Positions 51,026-59,923 of a stretch of 64,000 nt of DNA are shown one piece after another (the first letter of the stretch is position 1; the number at the start of each line of letters is the position of its first letter). Where the stretch lies: the IMG/VR virus record IMGVR_UViG_3300044642_000074, positions 32,001-96,000 of that record; one strand, given 5' to 3'. The notes under the pieces are model-generated. The model did no database searches. It was given only the letters and a program-made list of their open reading frames with translations, and was not told where the DNA came from. The translations under genes were made by a program, and so were the position numbers. This DNA comes from a virus.

Positions 51026-51474
51026 TAGAAACAGTTTTCCATATCCCGGGGATAATAACGGCCCAAGATGTTTCCGTTGTAGTTGTTAAGTCTAAGTACA
51101 TCTAGCTTGATCTGCCAGGCTACTTCTGCGTACGTAAGGTATTTTTTAGAGCAGCAGAGTTCTATGATAGTTCTCTTAAACCGCTGCTTACCATACTTCT
51201 GAATATCTGCAAGGAGTACTTTAGAAGATCCATAGTAATCCTTCCAGTCAGACTCTTTTACTGTACGTTCGTACGTCTTACGGGTCTTTGTAACTTTTTT
51301 TACTTTCTGTGAAATCTTCTTCTTACGTGTATTACGCAGGATCTTTTTGCCTATATAGCTTTTGAATGTTACAGTATCCTGTATCATGTATACAAACCCT
51401 TGGACCTTTTCATAATCCGGCAGGTCTTCTATATTGTTTATAGGCTTGTCTTTATAGAACCAAGGTTCTTGCAT
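51025..51474 (-). CDS. GIY-YIG-family nuclease-like protein (Seg-like)
   Basis: GFVY.I....SYIGKK, ESDWKDYYGSS and YNGNI. Confidence 0.75.
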   Translation of the reverse strand: MQEPWFYKDKPINNIEDLPDYEKVQGFVYMIQDTVTFKSYIGKKILRNTRKKKISQKVKKVTKTRKTYERTVKESDWKDYYGSSKVLLADIQKYGKQRFKRTIIELCCSKKYLTYAEVAWQIKLDVLRLNNYNGNILGRYYPRDMENCF

Positions 51475-51488
51475 AGGGTTGGATATTA

Positions 51489-51511
51489 AGTTCTACAAAT
51501 ATACTGTAGAA
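51489..51511 (-). promoter_or_regulatory. TATATTTG -7 box with TAGAAC extension and an inverted copy
   Basis: Plus strand AGTTCTACAAATATACTGTAGAA. Confidence 0.55.
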
Positions 51512-51516
51512 TATAA

Positions 51517-52488
51517 TTAGTTCTCCAACTTTCTGTTTAGTATTGGTACTATTCTTAAGAACACTTCTTTGGGTCCAAAGTCCTTAATAGAATCAGAAGG
51601 ATCTTTACTCATAGGTAAGACTGTTGTCACCAGTTCAGGATAGAGTTCTTTATATCTTTCCATGGCTTTGATACCGGCATCATCATAGTCAAACATGACG
51701 ATGATCTTTTTATAGTTTTTCAGATACTCGGTCATCGTTTCCTTCTTGATTAGAGAGTTCTCAGAGTCTGGAGCTATTACGTCCAGTTTAAGTTTAAGGC
51801 TTTTTAAAGACATGATGTCTTTTAGAGAGCTTGTGATTAACAGGAAATCATTGTTCTTTACTTGCTCAGAGCCTTGTACGTAGTCAGTTACTTTGATGAA
51901 TTTCTTGTCCAGGGTTTTGGGCTGGTAGATTTTATACAAGGTACCGTCAGCTTTAAAGTATCCATACATGTAGTTACCTGTAATACGCAGTTCTTTATCA
52001 TCTTTTACCATTAGGTAAGACTCTAGGGGTACTACGTTATGTTCAGTCAAGAGTCGCGTACCAATATTATACTGGGTCCAGTAGTACTGGTCCTGTGTAC
52101 TCCACTGACGTTTCTTAAAGCTGACTACTTTGTACTTAGATGCCTGTTTAAATTCCTGCACATCATAACCACCGTTATTGTGTAGTACAAAGTCATTGTA
52201 CTTTTCTACCACTTGCTGGCAAGCTTTATGATATGGCAGTTCTGTAAGTTCTTTAACCAGATCTATGGCTGAACCACCTTTACCAGAAGAAAAATCTTTA
52301 TACCGGTACATCTTTTTGTTTGCATCAAAATAGATACACATGCTAGGAGTACGTTCCTTGGAATTAAAAAGACTTTTGATTTTTACATCATGTCCGTTTA
52401 GTTTCTCTTTTAGTTTGCAGTAGTGCTCAAATATCCAGGGTGTTGGTACATCTTTCATGTCATGTACCAGGTTCTTTGTTTTAAACAT
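51517..52488 (-). CDS. DnaG-type primase (crAss-like)
   Basis: ERTPSM..YKDF..GKGG N-terminal domain; KIYQP; TOPRIM FDYDDAG and KDPSD. Confidence 0.82.
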   Translation of the reverse strand: MFKTKNLVHDMKDVPTPWIFEHYCKLKEKLNGHDVKIKSLFNSKERTPSMCIYFDANKKMYRYKDFSSGKGGSAIDLVKELTELPYHKACQQVVEKYNDFVLHNNGGYDVQEFKQASKYKVVSFKKRQWSTQDQYYWTQYNIGTRLLTEHNVVPLESYLMVKDDKELRITGNYMYGYFKADGTLYKIYQPKTLDKKFIKVTDYVQGSEQVKNNDFLLITSSLKDIMSLKSLKLKLDVIAPDSENSLIKKETMTEYLKNYKKIIVMFDYDDAGIKAMERYKELYPELVTTVLPMSKDPSDSIKDFGPKEVFLRIVPILNRKLEN

Positions 52489-52509
52489 AAACCATCCATT
52501 TTAAAGGAG

Positions 52510-52543
52510 AAAAAAAATGAGGGGAGTGTAGAAACACCCCCCG
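52510..52543 (-). terminator. Rho-independent terminator
   Basis: Minus strand GGGGGGTGT-ttct-ACACTCCCC then a T-run. Confidence 0.65.
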
Positions 52544-52568
52544 TTGAATGGATAGAGAAATAAGATGA

Positions 52569-53180
52569 TTACATCTCAAAATCATCAGTAGCCGGCTCAA
52601 AGCTGCTCACTGGTCTAGTGATCAAAGCTTTATAGTGGTACTTATTGTTTTTATCAAACTTGTCTAGTTTGTCTTCTTCTGCAGACACAAACTTGTACTT
52701 AGGAAGAGACAGCTTGATAATGGTTTTACCGTTGTACTCTTCTTCGGTGCCCTTAAGGAACCAGTACAGTTTCTTTCCTTTTACTAGATTTAGAGCCTGT
52801 GTAGCCCAGTCTTCAATAGAAGAAGCCTGGATACGGTTTAGTTCATCACGAAGACCCAACTCTGTGGCAATCATGGTAAGTTTGTACATGATCTCATTGC
52901 GAGATACGTTTCCGTTGTTGAACTCATCTGTCCAGATGGTTGCACTAACACGACCAGTTTGACCCTTGTACTTAGGTCCATCTGGATTGTCTTTGTCTAT
53001 AGACCAGCCCTCAAAGTTCTCTAACTCAGGTCCTTCAAGATAAAGCTCTAGGCTTTTCTTGTCACCCTTGTTTGAGGTTCTTAACTGGCCACTGTTGATG
53101 TGGGCATAAACTACCCCTGGTTGTAACGACTTTGCTAAGCCGCCTCCTGTCTTGACTTCTTGTCCTTGTGTACTGAACAT
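52569..53180 (-). CDS. Putative single-stranded DNA-binding protein
   Basis: Between a Sak4-like ATPase and the primase; acidic tail ATDDFEM. Confidence 0.5.
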   Translation of the reverse strand: MFSTQGQEVKTGGGLAKSLQPGVVYAHINSGQLRTSNKGDKKSLELYLEGPELENFEGWSIDKDNPDGPKYKGQTGRVSATIWTDEFNNGNVSRNEIMYKLTMIATELGLRDELNRIQASSIEDWATQALNLVKGKKLYWFLKGTEEEYNGKTIIKLSLPKYKFVSAEEDKLDKFDKNNKYHYKALITRPVSSFEPATDDFEM

Positions 53181-53215
53181 ACTGTCTGTTTTGTATTTGT
53201 TAGAAAAAATAGATA

Positions 53216-53899
53216 CTAGTTTTCATAGGCCTGCATTGCATCTTTGACGTATGCCAGGTTATTAGGTATTTCAAAATCAGGGAACATTCCCTTGGGACTC
53301 TTGCAGGTATTGTCACCGGTAGTCTGAGTCTCAAACACATACCGGATAGTACCATCTTTATCTTTCTTTACTTTACCGAAAAGAACCATAGAAAACAGAC
53401 CTTCAAAGGTCAGCTTCTCATCTACCATACGACCGATAGTCTTGGCTTTAAACTTACGTTTGCCTTCCATGTCGGTAGATTCTTCTGCGTGAGTTAAGAA
53501 AAAGATAGTCAGGTCATCTCTGAGATCTTTAGGCATTCGTGCAATACGAGCTAGGTGTCCACCAATCTGGGTGAACTTTTCGTAACCTTTCTCATCTACA
53601 CGGTCAAAGAACTCAAAGGAACTCATATACTGAAAGTCATCTATAACTATAGTCTTGATCTCTTGACGCTTAGTATTTACATAGCCAAGACATGCTTCTA
53701 TTTGCTGTGCAGTAGAACCTGAATAAAGGTTACCACTAGGGTTGTCTTTACTCCAGAGCACATACTTCTTTTTCCAGCCTTTGAAAGGCAAGGGTTTGTT
53801 AGCTACGTTAATAATAAATGTCTCTTTAGGATCTAGTGATTCTATAGAGGTAGACTTGCCAGCACCGCTTTCCGCGATAACTAAGATTCCATTTGCCAT
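53216..53899 (-). CDS. Sak4-like AAA recombination ATPase
   Basis: AESGAGKST, VIDD and KTIG motifs. Confidence 0.78.
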   Translation of the reverse strand: MANGILVIAESGAGKSTSIESLDPKETFIINVANKPLPFKGWKKKYVLWSKDNPSGNLYSGSTAQQIEACLGYVNTKRQEIKTIVIDDFQYMSSFEFFDRVDEKGYEKFTQIGGHLARIARMPKDLRDDLTIFFLTHAEESTDMEGKRKFKAKTIGRMVDEKLTFEGLFSMVLFGKVKKDKDGTIRYVFETQTTGDNTCKSPKGMFPDFEIPNNLAYVKDAMQAYEN

Positions 53900-53900
53900 A

Positions 53901-54518
53901 TTACTTCTGTGATTTTATTAGTTCGTTAAGCCAAGACTTAGAGCTTACAGGTTTTCCTGTATGGATAGCATAGAAATCCCTTATAGTCATTTCTTGATAA
54001 AGGGCATCTTCCATTGGTCCAGGAGCTTTGTAAGCAACAGAAGGTTTAGGAGCAGCTACCGTTTTTGTTGGGACATCTTCTAGTATGGCAGATGTACCGC
54101 TGATAGCAATACTGCTGGCGTTAACTATTCTAAGTTCTTCTAGAGGAACTAGATAAGAACCTCTTTCGTTAAGCTCATACTCTTCCTCAAAGTTTGGATT
54201 GTATGGAATCTTGTAAACTGTTCGGCTTGAATCTAGTGGTTCAAACTCATTTGTAATTAGTTCAAAATAGAAACCTTTTTCTTTCTTGAACTCTGATGAA
54301 AAGATACCTACTACGTTACGAGCTTGCTTGTCGTAGAAAGGCATCTTCATGTTAAAGTCCAAACGGCTGATACCAAGATTTTCTATAAGCCTATAATGAT
54401 GCTCACGAAAATCTTCTAGGATTTCTGCCTTGTACTTTTTTTGTTCATCTTGACTTAAGGCTTTGTACTCCTGGTACGTCAGCCTCTTACGTGTTGGTGG
54501 GTGTGCTGTTGTAAACAT
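53901..54518 (-). CDS. Hypothetical protein
   Basis: C-terminal MTIRDFYAI motif. Confidence 0.6.
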   Translation of the reverse strand: MFTTAHPPTRKRLTYQEYKALSQDEQKKYKAEILEDFREHHYRLIENLGISRLDFNMKMPFYDKQARNVVGIFSSEFKKEKGFYFELITNEFEPLDSSRTVYKIPYNPNFEEEYELNERGSYLVPLEELRIVNASSIAISGTSAILEDVPTKTVAAPKPSVAYKAPGPMEDALYQEMTIRDFYAIHTGKPVSSKSWLNELIKSQK

Positions 54519-54529
54519 GATATTGTGTT

Positions 54530-55585
54530 TTAGATCTCTTCTCCAATAGGAGCTGATATGTTTCTTTGATTACCGTTACCGGCTCTTTCTGTAAACCTTA
54601 CAAAACCATTTGGTCTTGCAGCAGTAGGTTCTGGTACTTCTGCCATGCGTTGCTGCTTACCAAACATCTTTAGAAATATGATGCTTTTCTTTTCATCACC
54701 GTTTCTTACTTTGAGCAGGTGTAGGAAAACATCATCTTCTTTAGCTTCGTAAGCATACGGACCATAGCTTTTTATATCAGATTTCCAGGGTCTTGACAGA
54801 ACTACTACCATGTCTGAACCCTGCATCAAAGCGTCACCGCCAAAGATGTCAGAGCTTGTTGGGTAGTTTGCAATAGAACCGGATACCTTACGAGCAGCTT
54901 CATCTATACTTCTGTTTAGCTGGGTGATCATCAGAACAATGATTGGTATTTTGTTCTTAAGCTTCATCAGCATTTCAGTAGTATTGTAGAGTACATCAAA
55001 TTTGTCTTTGTCAGCACCACTTTTTTTGATAAGCCAGCTATGGTCTATCGTAACAATAAGTGGTTTGCTGCCTCCTTCTAGATATACTTCCTTGATGACT
55101 TCTTCCATTTCAGCAGAAGTGATTGATTCGGATATAAGGTCTCGTTTGATACCTTGTTTTTCCATATACTCACACTCTGCTAGGTACTGCTTCATTTTTT
55201 CTATAATAAATTCATCCAGCTGTCTGTCAGTGCTTAGAACAACACCATAGTCCTGTGCTACTTCACCTGCAAACTGACGGGCTGCGTACTGTTCATCACC
55301 CATCTCAAACTGAAACTCCAGTATGTTAAACTGCTGATCAGGATTAAGACGGTGGGCTTCACGGAGTATCTGTGATACAAGCATTGTCTTACCGGCACCA
55401 GGTCTGGCACCGATAGTAAGCATAGATCCCCATTCGAGTCCTGCTATACCGGCTGAGTTAAACCCAGGCCATGGTGTTCGCAGACTCTTGATGTCTCCGT
55501 TACGTCTTTTTTCTATATACTTAAGTCCTTTTCTTAAAACGGATACGTAGCTTTTACGTCCAAACTTTTTTTGTTCAGTACTCAT
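54530..55585 (-). CDS. dnaB: DnaB-like replicative helicase (motor domain only)
   Basis: GARPGAGKT, FEM, IDH, TQLNR and KVRNG. Confidence 0.88.
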   Translation of the reverse strand: MSTEQKKFGRKSYVSVLRKGLKYIEKRRNGDIKSLRTPWPGFNSAGIAGLEWGSMLTIGARPGAGKTMLVSQILREAHRLNPDQQFNILEFQFEMGDEQYAARQFAGEVAQDYGVVLSTDRQLDEFIIEKMKQYLAECEYMEKQGIKRDLISESITSAEMEEVIKEVYLEGGSKPLIVTIDHSWLIKKSGADKDKFDVLYNTTEMLMKLKNKIPIIVLMITQLNRSIDEAARKVSGSIANYPTSSDIFGGDALMQGSDMVVVLSRPWKSDIKSYGPYAYEAKEDDVFLHLLKVRNGDEKKSIIFLKMFGKQQRMAEVPEPTAARPNGFVRFTERAGNGNQRNISAPIGEEI

Positions 55586-55596
55586 CTATAAATGAT

Positions 55597-55824
55597 CTAA
55601 TATTGGCTGAATGTTTCACTAACCATAGACTCTAGTTCGTTTAACCCATCGTTTTTGCCATTGTAGTAAGCTTGAGTCATCATCTTATCTACGAGCGTTT
55701 CAAGAAGACCGAAGTTTATAAGCTTAACTTCTTCTTTAATATCTCCATAAAGTTTAGCTGAGGGCAGCTGATCAAAAATCTTTCTAAGTTCTTGCTGATG
55801 TGGGGTTGTGTTTTCTGTGGACAT
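55597..55824 (-). CDS. Hypothetical protein
   Basis: ORF in operon. Confidence 0.5.
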   Translation of the reverse strand: MSTENTTPHQQELRKIFDQLPSAKLYGDIKEEVKLINFGLLETLVDKMMTQAYYNGKNDGLNELESMVSETFSQY

Positions 55825-55891
55825 GTTCTTTTTTAGGGGATGTAAATTTAGATAACTTGTTGTAGAACTCCAAAAATAATCTGTAGAAGTT

Positions 55892-56470
55892 TTAGGTTTC
55901 TGAAAGAATTTCTGGGTTGTCTACAATCATCTGGCAATAGTCAGCCAGGAGGGATCTGCTAGTCTTAGTAGAGGTATCTGTACGCTGGATAAAGTAGCTG
56001 CTGGTAGTAATATACTCCAGGTTTTCTCTACCCTTGGTGTAGATATAATAGTCTGTGGCATCTAGTACAAGTGCCCAGTCAAATTCAGGGTAGGTTTTGA
56101 AGAACCAGATAAACTTTTGTTTAAGTTCCTGGACCGTCTGTCTTAAGAGGCCTACCCGGGGAACTCTTTTAGCAGGGAACATTTCACGATAAGTGTTGAT
56201 GCATTGTAAAGCATTCATACCCAATACTTCAGAGGCTACCTTCTTCTTAGTTTTGACCAGAAGAGTCTCAAATTCATCTAGTACAAACAGGGCTCCTGAG
56301 GTCAGGTTACCGTTTGCATCTAGGTGTCCTCTGTTCTGTGCTACCAGTCTTTCTGCGTCTTCATTGATAATACCGGTGGGTTTGATTTTGTTCCGGCAGC
56401 AATCAAGGAAGTACAGCTGGTTCGGGCTCACATTGTACTTGATCAGTGTCGTCCAAAGTTGATGACTCAT
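55892..56470 (-). CDS. Hypothetical protein, possibly a replication initiator or helicase loader
   Basis: Between the DnaA-IV protein and DnaB; function inferred from position only. Confidence 0.45.
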   Translation of the reverse strand: MSHQLWTTLIKYNVSPNQLYFLDCCRNKIKPTGIINEDAERLVAQNRGHLDANGNLTSGALFVLDEFETLLVKTKKKVASEVLGMNALQCINTYREMFPAKRVPRVGLLRQTVQELKQKFIWFFKTYPEFDWALVLDATDYYIYTKGRENLEYITTSSYFIQRTDTSTKTSRSLLADYCQMIVDNPEILSET

Positions 56471-56897
56471 AATTACTCTTTAAGGTTTTAAGGATACTAG
56501 TGTACTTGTGTTGGAAAGGCTCACAGGTTTCTAACAGGTTTTTGCAGGCTGTTATGGCATGGATCACTGTTGTATGATCTTTACCCAGAAACTTACCAAT
56601 GACGGTAAGGTTATACCCCATTTGCCTGGCCAGTAGGCAGAAGATGTTTCTTAGTTCTACTAAAGGCCGGTTCCTGCTTCTGCTTTGCAGACACGTGGGT
56701 TTGTCAAAGAAAACAGGCATGAAAGGTTTAAGGTTATCCTCTAACATTTCAAGAGACATGATTGGTATTTCAGCGTTTTCTGAGGTATACATTTGGGTTA
56801 TTACTGTTGGGTAATAGCCCAGTTTGTTATAAAACACTGACTTAAATTCTGTAATCAGTTTTTTTTCAAGCATAGCTGCGTAGCTTTTTGAATCCAT
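56403..56897 (-). CDS. Protein with DnaA domain IV-like HTH
   Basis: SRSRNRPLVELR..LAR...LTVIGKFLGKDHTTVIHA, the DnaA C-terminal signature. Confidence 0.82.
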   Translation of the reverse strand: MDSKSYAAMLEKKLITEFKSVFYNKLGYYPTVITQMYTSENAEIPIMSLEMLEDNLKPFMPVFFDKPTCLQSRSRNRPLVELRNIFCLLARQMGYNLTVIGKFLGKDHTTVIHAITACKNLLETCEPFQHKYTSILKTLKSNYESSTLDDTDQVQCEPEPAVLP

Positions 56898-57008
56898 AAA
56901 TCTTGGAGGTTTAGTCTACAAATATAGGTTAGTTCTACAATATTACGTATATTATATTGTAGAGTATTTAAAAAGTCTACATAATTTAAGTTTATAAACC
57001 TTTATATA
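56898..57008. promoter_or_regulatory. Divergent control region: host-type promoter (-), late-type motif (+) and TCTACA repeats
   Basis: TATATTTG on the minus strand (56919-56926); GTATATTATATTGTA on the plus strand; four TCTACA/TGTAGA copies. Confidence 0.6.
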
Positions 57009-57281
57009 ATGGCAAAGAAGTTTTACGCCCAGAAGGATGTCCTGGGTTTTCCTATTCCTGGTACTATGATGAGTGGAGAAAAGGTTCCTGCCAACTTGAT
57101 TGAGATTCCTGCACAGAATGTTGCTCCTGGAGCTGGTCAAGTAGCTGTACCACACCCTGGTGATCTTCGCTATTTCGTACGTAAGGACAAGAGTGGAAAG
57201 ATCATCCCTAACTCACTGATTATCAGTTTAAAAAAGCCTGCTGGGGATGTTTATGAGTTTAAACTTATAAAGGCTAGCTAA
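57009..57281 (+). CDS. Hypothetical protein, possibly structural
   Basis: First gene of the + block. Confidence 0.6.
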   Translation: MAKKFYAQKDVLGFPIPGTMMSGEKVPANLIEIPAQNVAPGAGQVAVPHPGDLRYFVRKDKSGKIIPNSLIISLKKPAGDVYEFKLIKAS

Positions 57282-57283
57282 TC

Positions 57284-57589
57284 ATGCAGAGAGAAAGTTC
57301 AGCTATAGCAGCATTTAAAGTCTGGGTTTTCCCTAGTCTTGTGTCTATTATAAGTCTGTTAATCTGGAATGACGTCAACGAGATAAAGGCTGATGTCAAG
57401 GCTCTTATGGCCCAGTCTAACATTGATAAGACCAGGATTGATAATCTTGAGCGACAGGTTTACGGATCTAAGACTGCTAGTCTACCTGAGAAACCTGCTC
57501 AGAAGCCTCCGTTTTTGAATGAACTGTACGCAGTTCTACCGTCTCCGGAGAAGAAACATAAATATAAAAAGATACTATATGACTTTTAA
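57284..57589 (+). CDS. Single-TM coiled-coil protein (holin/antiholin-like)
   Basis: TM at about aa 9-29 then a coiled coil; in the lysis cluster. Confidence 0.5.
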   Translation: MQRESSAIAAFKVWVFPSLVSIISLLIWNDVNEIKADVKALMAQSNIDKTRIDNLERQVYGSKTASLPEKPAQKPPFLNELYAVLPSPEKKHKYKKILYDF

Positions 57590-57827
57590 ACAATGGATTC
57601 TAGATCTATTCAAAGATGAGAGAGGTTCTACCTCGATCAAACCTGTTGTAGGTTTTATGGGGGCCTTGTTTCTCTGTATAACTCTTACTGCTAACTCTTT
57701 TACTCACGGTGATATTAAACCTTCTGATGCTCTTGTGGATGCTGTACTGATTATGACCTGTGTAGGTATTGGAGCAGACAGTGTAGATAAATTTAGCCAC
57801 AAGAAAAAGAAAGAAGATGAAGCTTAG
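57579..57827 (+). CDS. Putative holin (2 TM, basic C-terminus)
   Basis: From the ATG at 57579: two hydrophobic helices and a KKKKEDEA tail; upstream of the endolysin. Confidence 0.55.
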   Translation: MTFKQWILDLFKDERGSTSIKPVVGFMGALFLCITLTANSFTHGDIKPSDALVDAVLIMTCVGIGADSVDKFSHKKKKEDEA

Positions 57828-58449
57828 TAAATATGCCATTATAGTTCTAGCAGTAATTGGTCTGATTATTTTATCCAGATTAGGTTGTAACAACGGTCTT
57901 GGGTTTTTTGATAAACCTACAGCAGACACTGTAGTTACTATTGATACTTTATGGCAAGAACATGATACAGTAATCTATAAAAAGGTACCTGTAAAAGAAA
58001 TCATTTACGACATAGATACTTTGCCTCCTCAGTATATTCCAGATACAAACTATGATAAGTTAAAAGAACAGTATGAGCTTCTTGTAAAAGAGCATGCTTC
58101 TAAAGTAATTCAGTTTGATACACTTAGAATACCCCAGCTTAAAGGCGGATTTTATATAAAGGATACTGTTCAGTTTAATAAAATATCTGGAAGATCATTT
58201 GAAGCTGATTATGTTATACCTGTTGTAAAAGAAACAATTACTATTACAAAAGAAACTCCTAAAAGGAATCAGCTATATATTGGAGGTGGTGTAAATACTG
58301 CTAAAACATTTGTGCCTCAGTCACTAGAAGCGGGGCTTTTACTCAAAACTAAACGTGATCAGATAATGGGTGTAAAAGCCGGATCTGATATTAACGGTAA
58401 TATAACATACGGCTTCCAGAGTTACTGGAAGATTGGATCTAAAAAATAA
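57817..58449 (+). CDS. Membrane-anchored spanin-like protein
   Basis: N-terminal TM ending in LGC, DT-rich stalk, C-terminal amphipathic beta strands. Confidence 0.5.
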   Translation: MKLSKYAIIVLAVIGLIILSRLGCNNGLGFFDKPTADTVVTIDTLWQEHDTVIYKKVPVKEIIYDIDTLPPQYIPDTNYDKLKEQYELLVKEHASKVIQFDTLRIPQLKGGFYIKDTVQFNKISGRSFEADYVIPVVKETITITKETPKRNQLYIGGGVNTAKTFVPQSLEAGLLLKTKRDQIMGVKAGSDINGNITYGFQSYWKIGSKK

Positions 58450-58455
58450 ATAAAC

Positions 58456-58617
58456 ATGAAAAGTATCGTAAAGATGCTTCTTGGTCTGTTTAAGAAAAAA
58501 GTTTCTAAACAGGTTGAAGAAGTTAAAGAAAAGGTTATGCCTGTAGAGGTAGCTCCTGCACAAGAAAAAAAGAAGAAGAAATATTATCATCCTAAGCCTA
58601 AGAAAGCTAATATCTAA
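58456..58617 (+). CDS. 53-aa Lys-rich peptide, absent from the ORF track
   Basis: MKSIVKMLLGLFKKKVSKQ...KKKKKYYHPKPKKANI*; fills the gap; A-rich leader. Confidence 0.55.
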   Translation: MKSIVKMLLGLFKKKVSKQVEEVKEKVMPVEVAPAQEKKKKKYYHPKPKKANI

Positions 58618-58631
58618 TTAATCTGTATCCT

Positions 58632-59231
58632 ATGAATCTTGAAAAACTTAAAGGCCACGTGCCGGATTCTGTTATTGCACAGATTCCTGGTGTGATTGAT
58701 AGCTTTGCTGTTAATACCCCACTTCGTTTGGCTCATTTTTTAGCTCAGTGTGGTCACGAGTCTGGTGGTTTCAGGCTTACGCAAGAGAATCTAAACTATT
58801 CAGCTAAAGGTCTTATGGGAATCTTCAAGAAGTATTTCCCTACAGAAGCTTTAGCTAATGCTTATGCACGTAAACCTGAAAAGATTGCTAACCGCGTTTA
58901 TGGTTCACGCATGGGTAATGGTCCCGAAGCTAGTGGTGAGGGTTACAAGTTCCGCGGTCGTGGTTATATTCAATTGACTGGTAAACAGAACTATACTGCA
59001 TTTGATGCTACAGTACCTGAAAGTATTGTAGATAATCCAGACTTAGTGGCTACTAAATATCCTTTAGCTTCTGCTGCATGGTTCTGGAGCAAGAACGGTC
59101 TTAACACTCTTGCTGACAAAGGAGCTTCTGATATTAATGTTACTGCTATTACAAAGCGTGTAAACGGTGGTACAATCGGTTTGACAGATAGAATTAAACA
59201 CTTCAAAGAATATCATAACCTGCTGGTATGA
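58632..59231 (+). CDS. Glycoside hydrolase family 19 endolysin
   Basis: AHFLAQCGHESG, ENLNYS, FRGRGYIQLTG.NY and ITKRVNGG. Confidence 0.92.
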   Translation: MNLEKLKGHVPDSVIAQIPGVIDSFAVNTPLRLAHFLAQCGHESGGFRLTQENLNYSAKGLMGIFKKYFPTEALANAYARKPEKIANRVYGSRMGNGPEASGEGYKFRGRGYIQLTGKQNYTAFDATVPESIVDNPDLVATKYPLASAAWFWSKNGLNTLADKGASDINVTAITKRVNGGTIGLTDRIKHFKEYHNLLV

Positions 59232-59271
59232 TAGGACATGTTATTAAAAACATACCTAAAAACTATAAGAT

Positions 59272-59406
59272 ATGGCTAAGGCCAAAGGCTCCAAAGCCGG
59301 AGAATCTAGAAAGGTCACCTTCGGTAAACGTAAAACAGGAAGAGCTGCTAAAAGCAGAGGACCTAAAGACAAAAAAGTCTCTAAGTACCAAGGACAGGGA
59401 AGATAA
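59272..59406 (+). CDS. 44-aa highly basic peptide ending KYQGQGR
   Basis: MAKAKGSKAGESRKVTFGKRKTGRAAKSRGPKDKKVSKYQGQGR*. Confidence 0.65.
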   Translation: MAKAKGSKAGESRKVTFGKRKTGRAAKSRGPKDKKVSKYQGQGR

Positions 59407-59440
59407 TTGTTTATAAAAACCAACCTCTAAAACTTATACT

Positions 59441-59923
59441 ATGAATCTTAGGGGTTTTTTTATTGTATTATTTTCTTTTTTGTGTGTATCAGTATACTCA
59501 CAAAATATTTTTATTGATAGTGTCCGTAATAACATAGCTACTGGTCCACTAACAGCTAACAAAAATCTGAGTTTTGGTGTGAAGAATATTCTAGCCGAAG
59601 TACTTCAGGATAAAGGTTTGGACTTACTTCCAAAAAAACAAGAAGCAGAACTTAGTCTAGTAACTGAGATCTACTTTTTTGATATTACACAAACCAATGC
59701 AGGTGTATCTGTTTTTAAAAAGCAGAGTAACACTACAGTAATGGGTTTAAAGGGTAGCCTTTATAAAAACGGGAAACTAGTTAGTTCTAAAAAAGTAGAA
59801 GAATCCTCTTCAGAGGTAGTGATGGCTAATCTGGTAATTCCCGAAGACGGAAAACCTAATCAGCAATCAGTTAGTAATGTTATAAAAAAAGCCTGTCAAG
59901 CTTTAATTGACAAACTTCTATGA
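59441..59923 (+). CDS. Exported protein, short CsgG-like/DUF-type fold
   Basis: Signal peptide ending YS|Q; FGVKNILAEVLQ resembles LGVTNIIVEYLE of the 63029 protein. Confidence 0.55.
   Translation: MNLRGFFIVLFSFLCVSVYSQNIFIDSVRNNIATGPLTANKNLSFGVKNILAEVLQDKGLDLLPKKQEAELSLVTEIYFFDITQTNAGVSVFKKQSNTTVMGLKGSLYKNGKLVSSKKVEESSSEVVMANLVIPEDGKPNQQSVSNVIKKACQALIDKLL

Noticed and set aside
51025-51474. GIY-YIG gene as a mobile intron-encoded element
   Set aside because: It is free-standing and short, and no interrupted host gene flanks it.
46063-55585. Inteins or introns in PolB, primase or helicase
   Set aside because: The proteins are compact and uninterrupted, with no splice motifs seen.
59228-59416. 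62-aa ORF from the track
   Set aside because: The alternate-frame 59272-59406 ORF has a more recognisable motif and leader.
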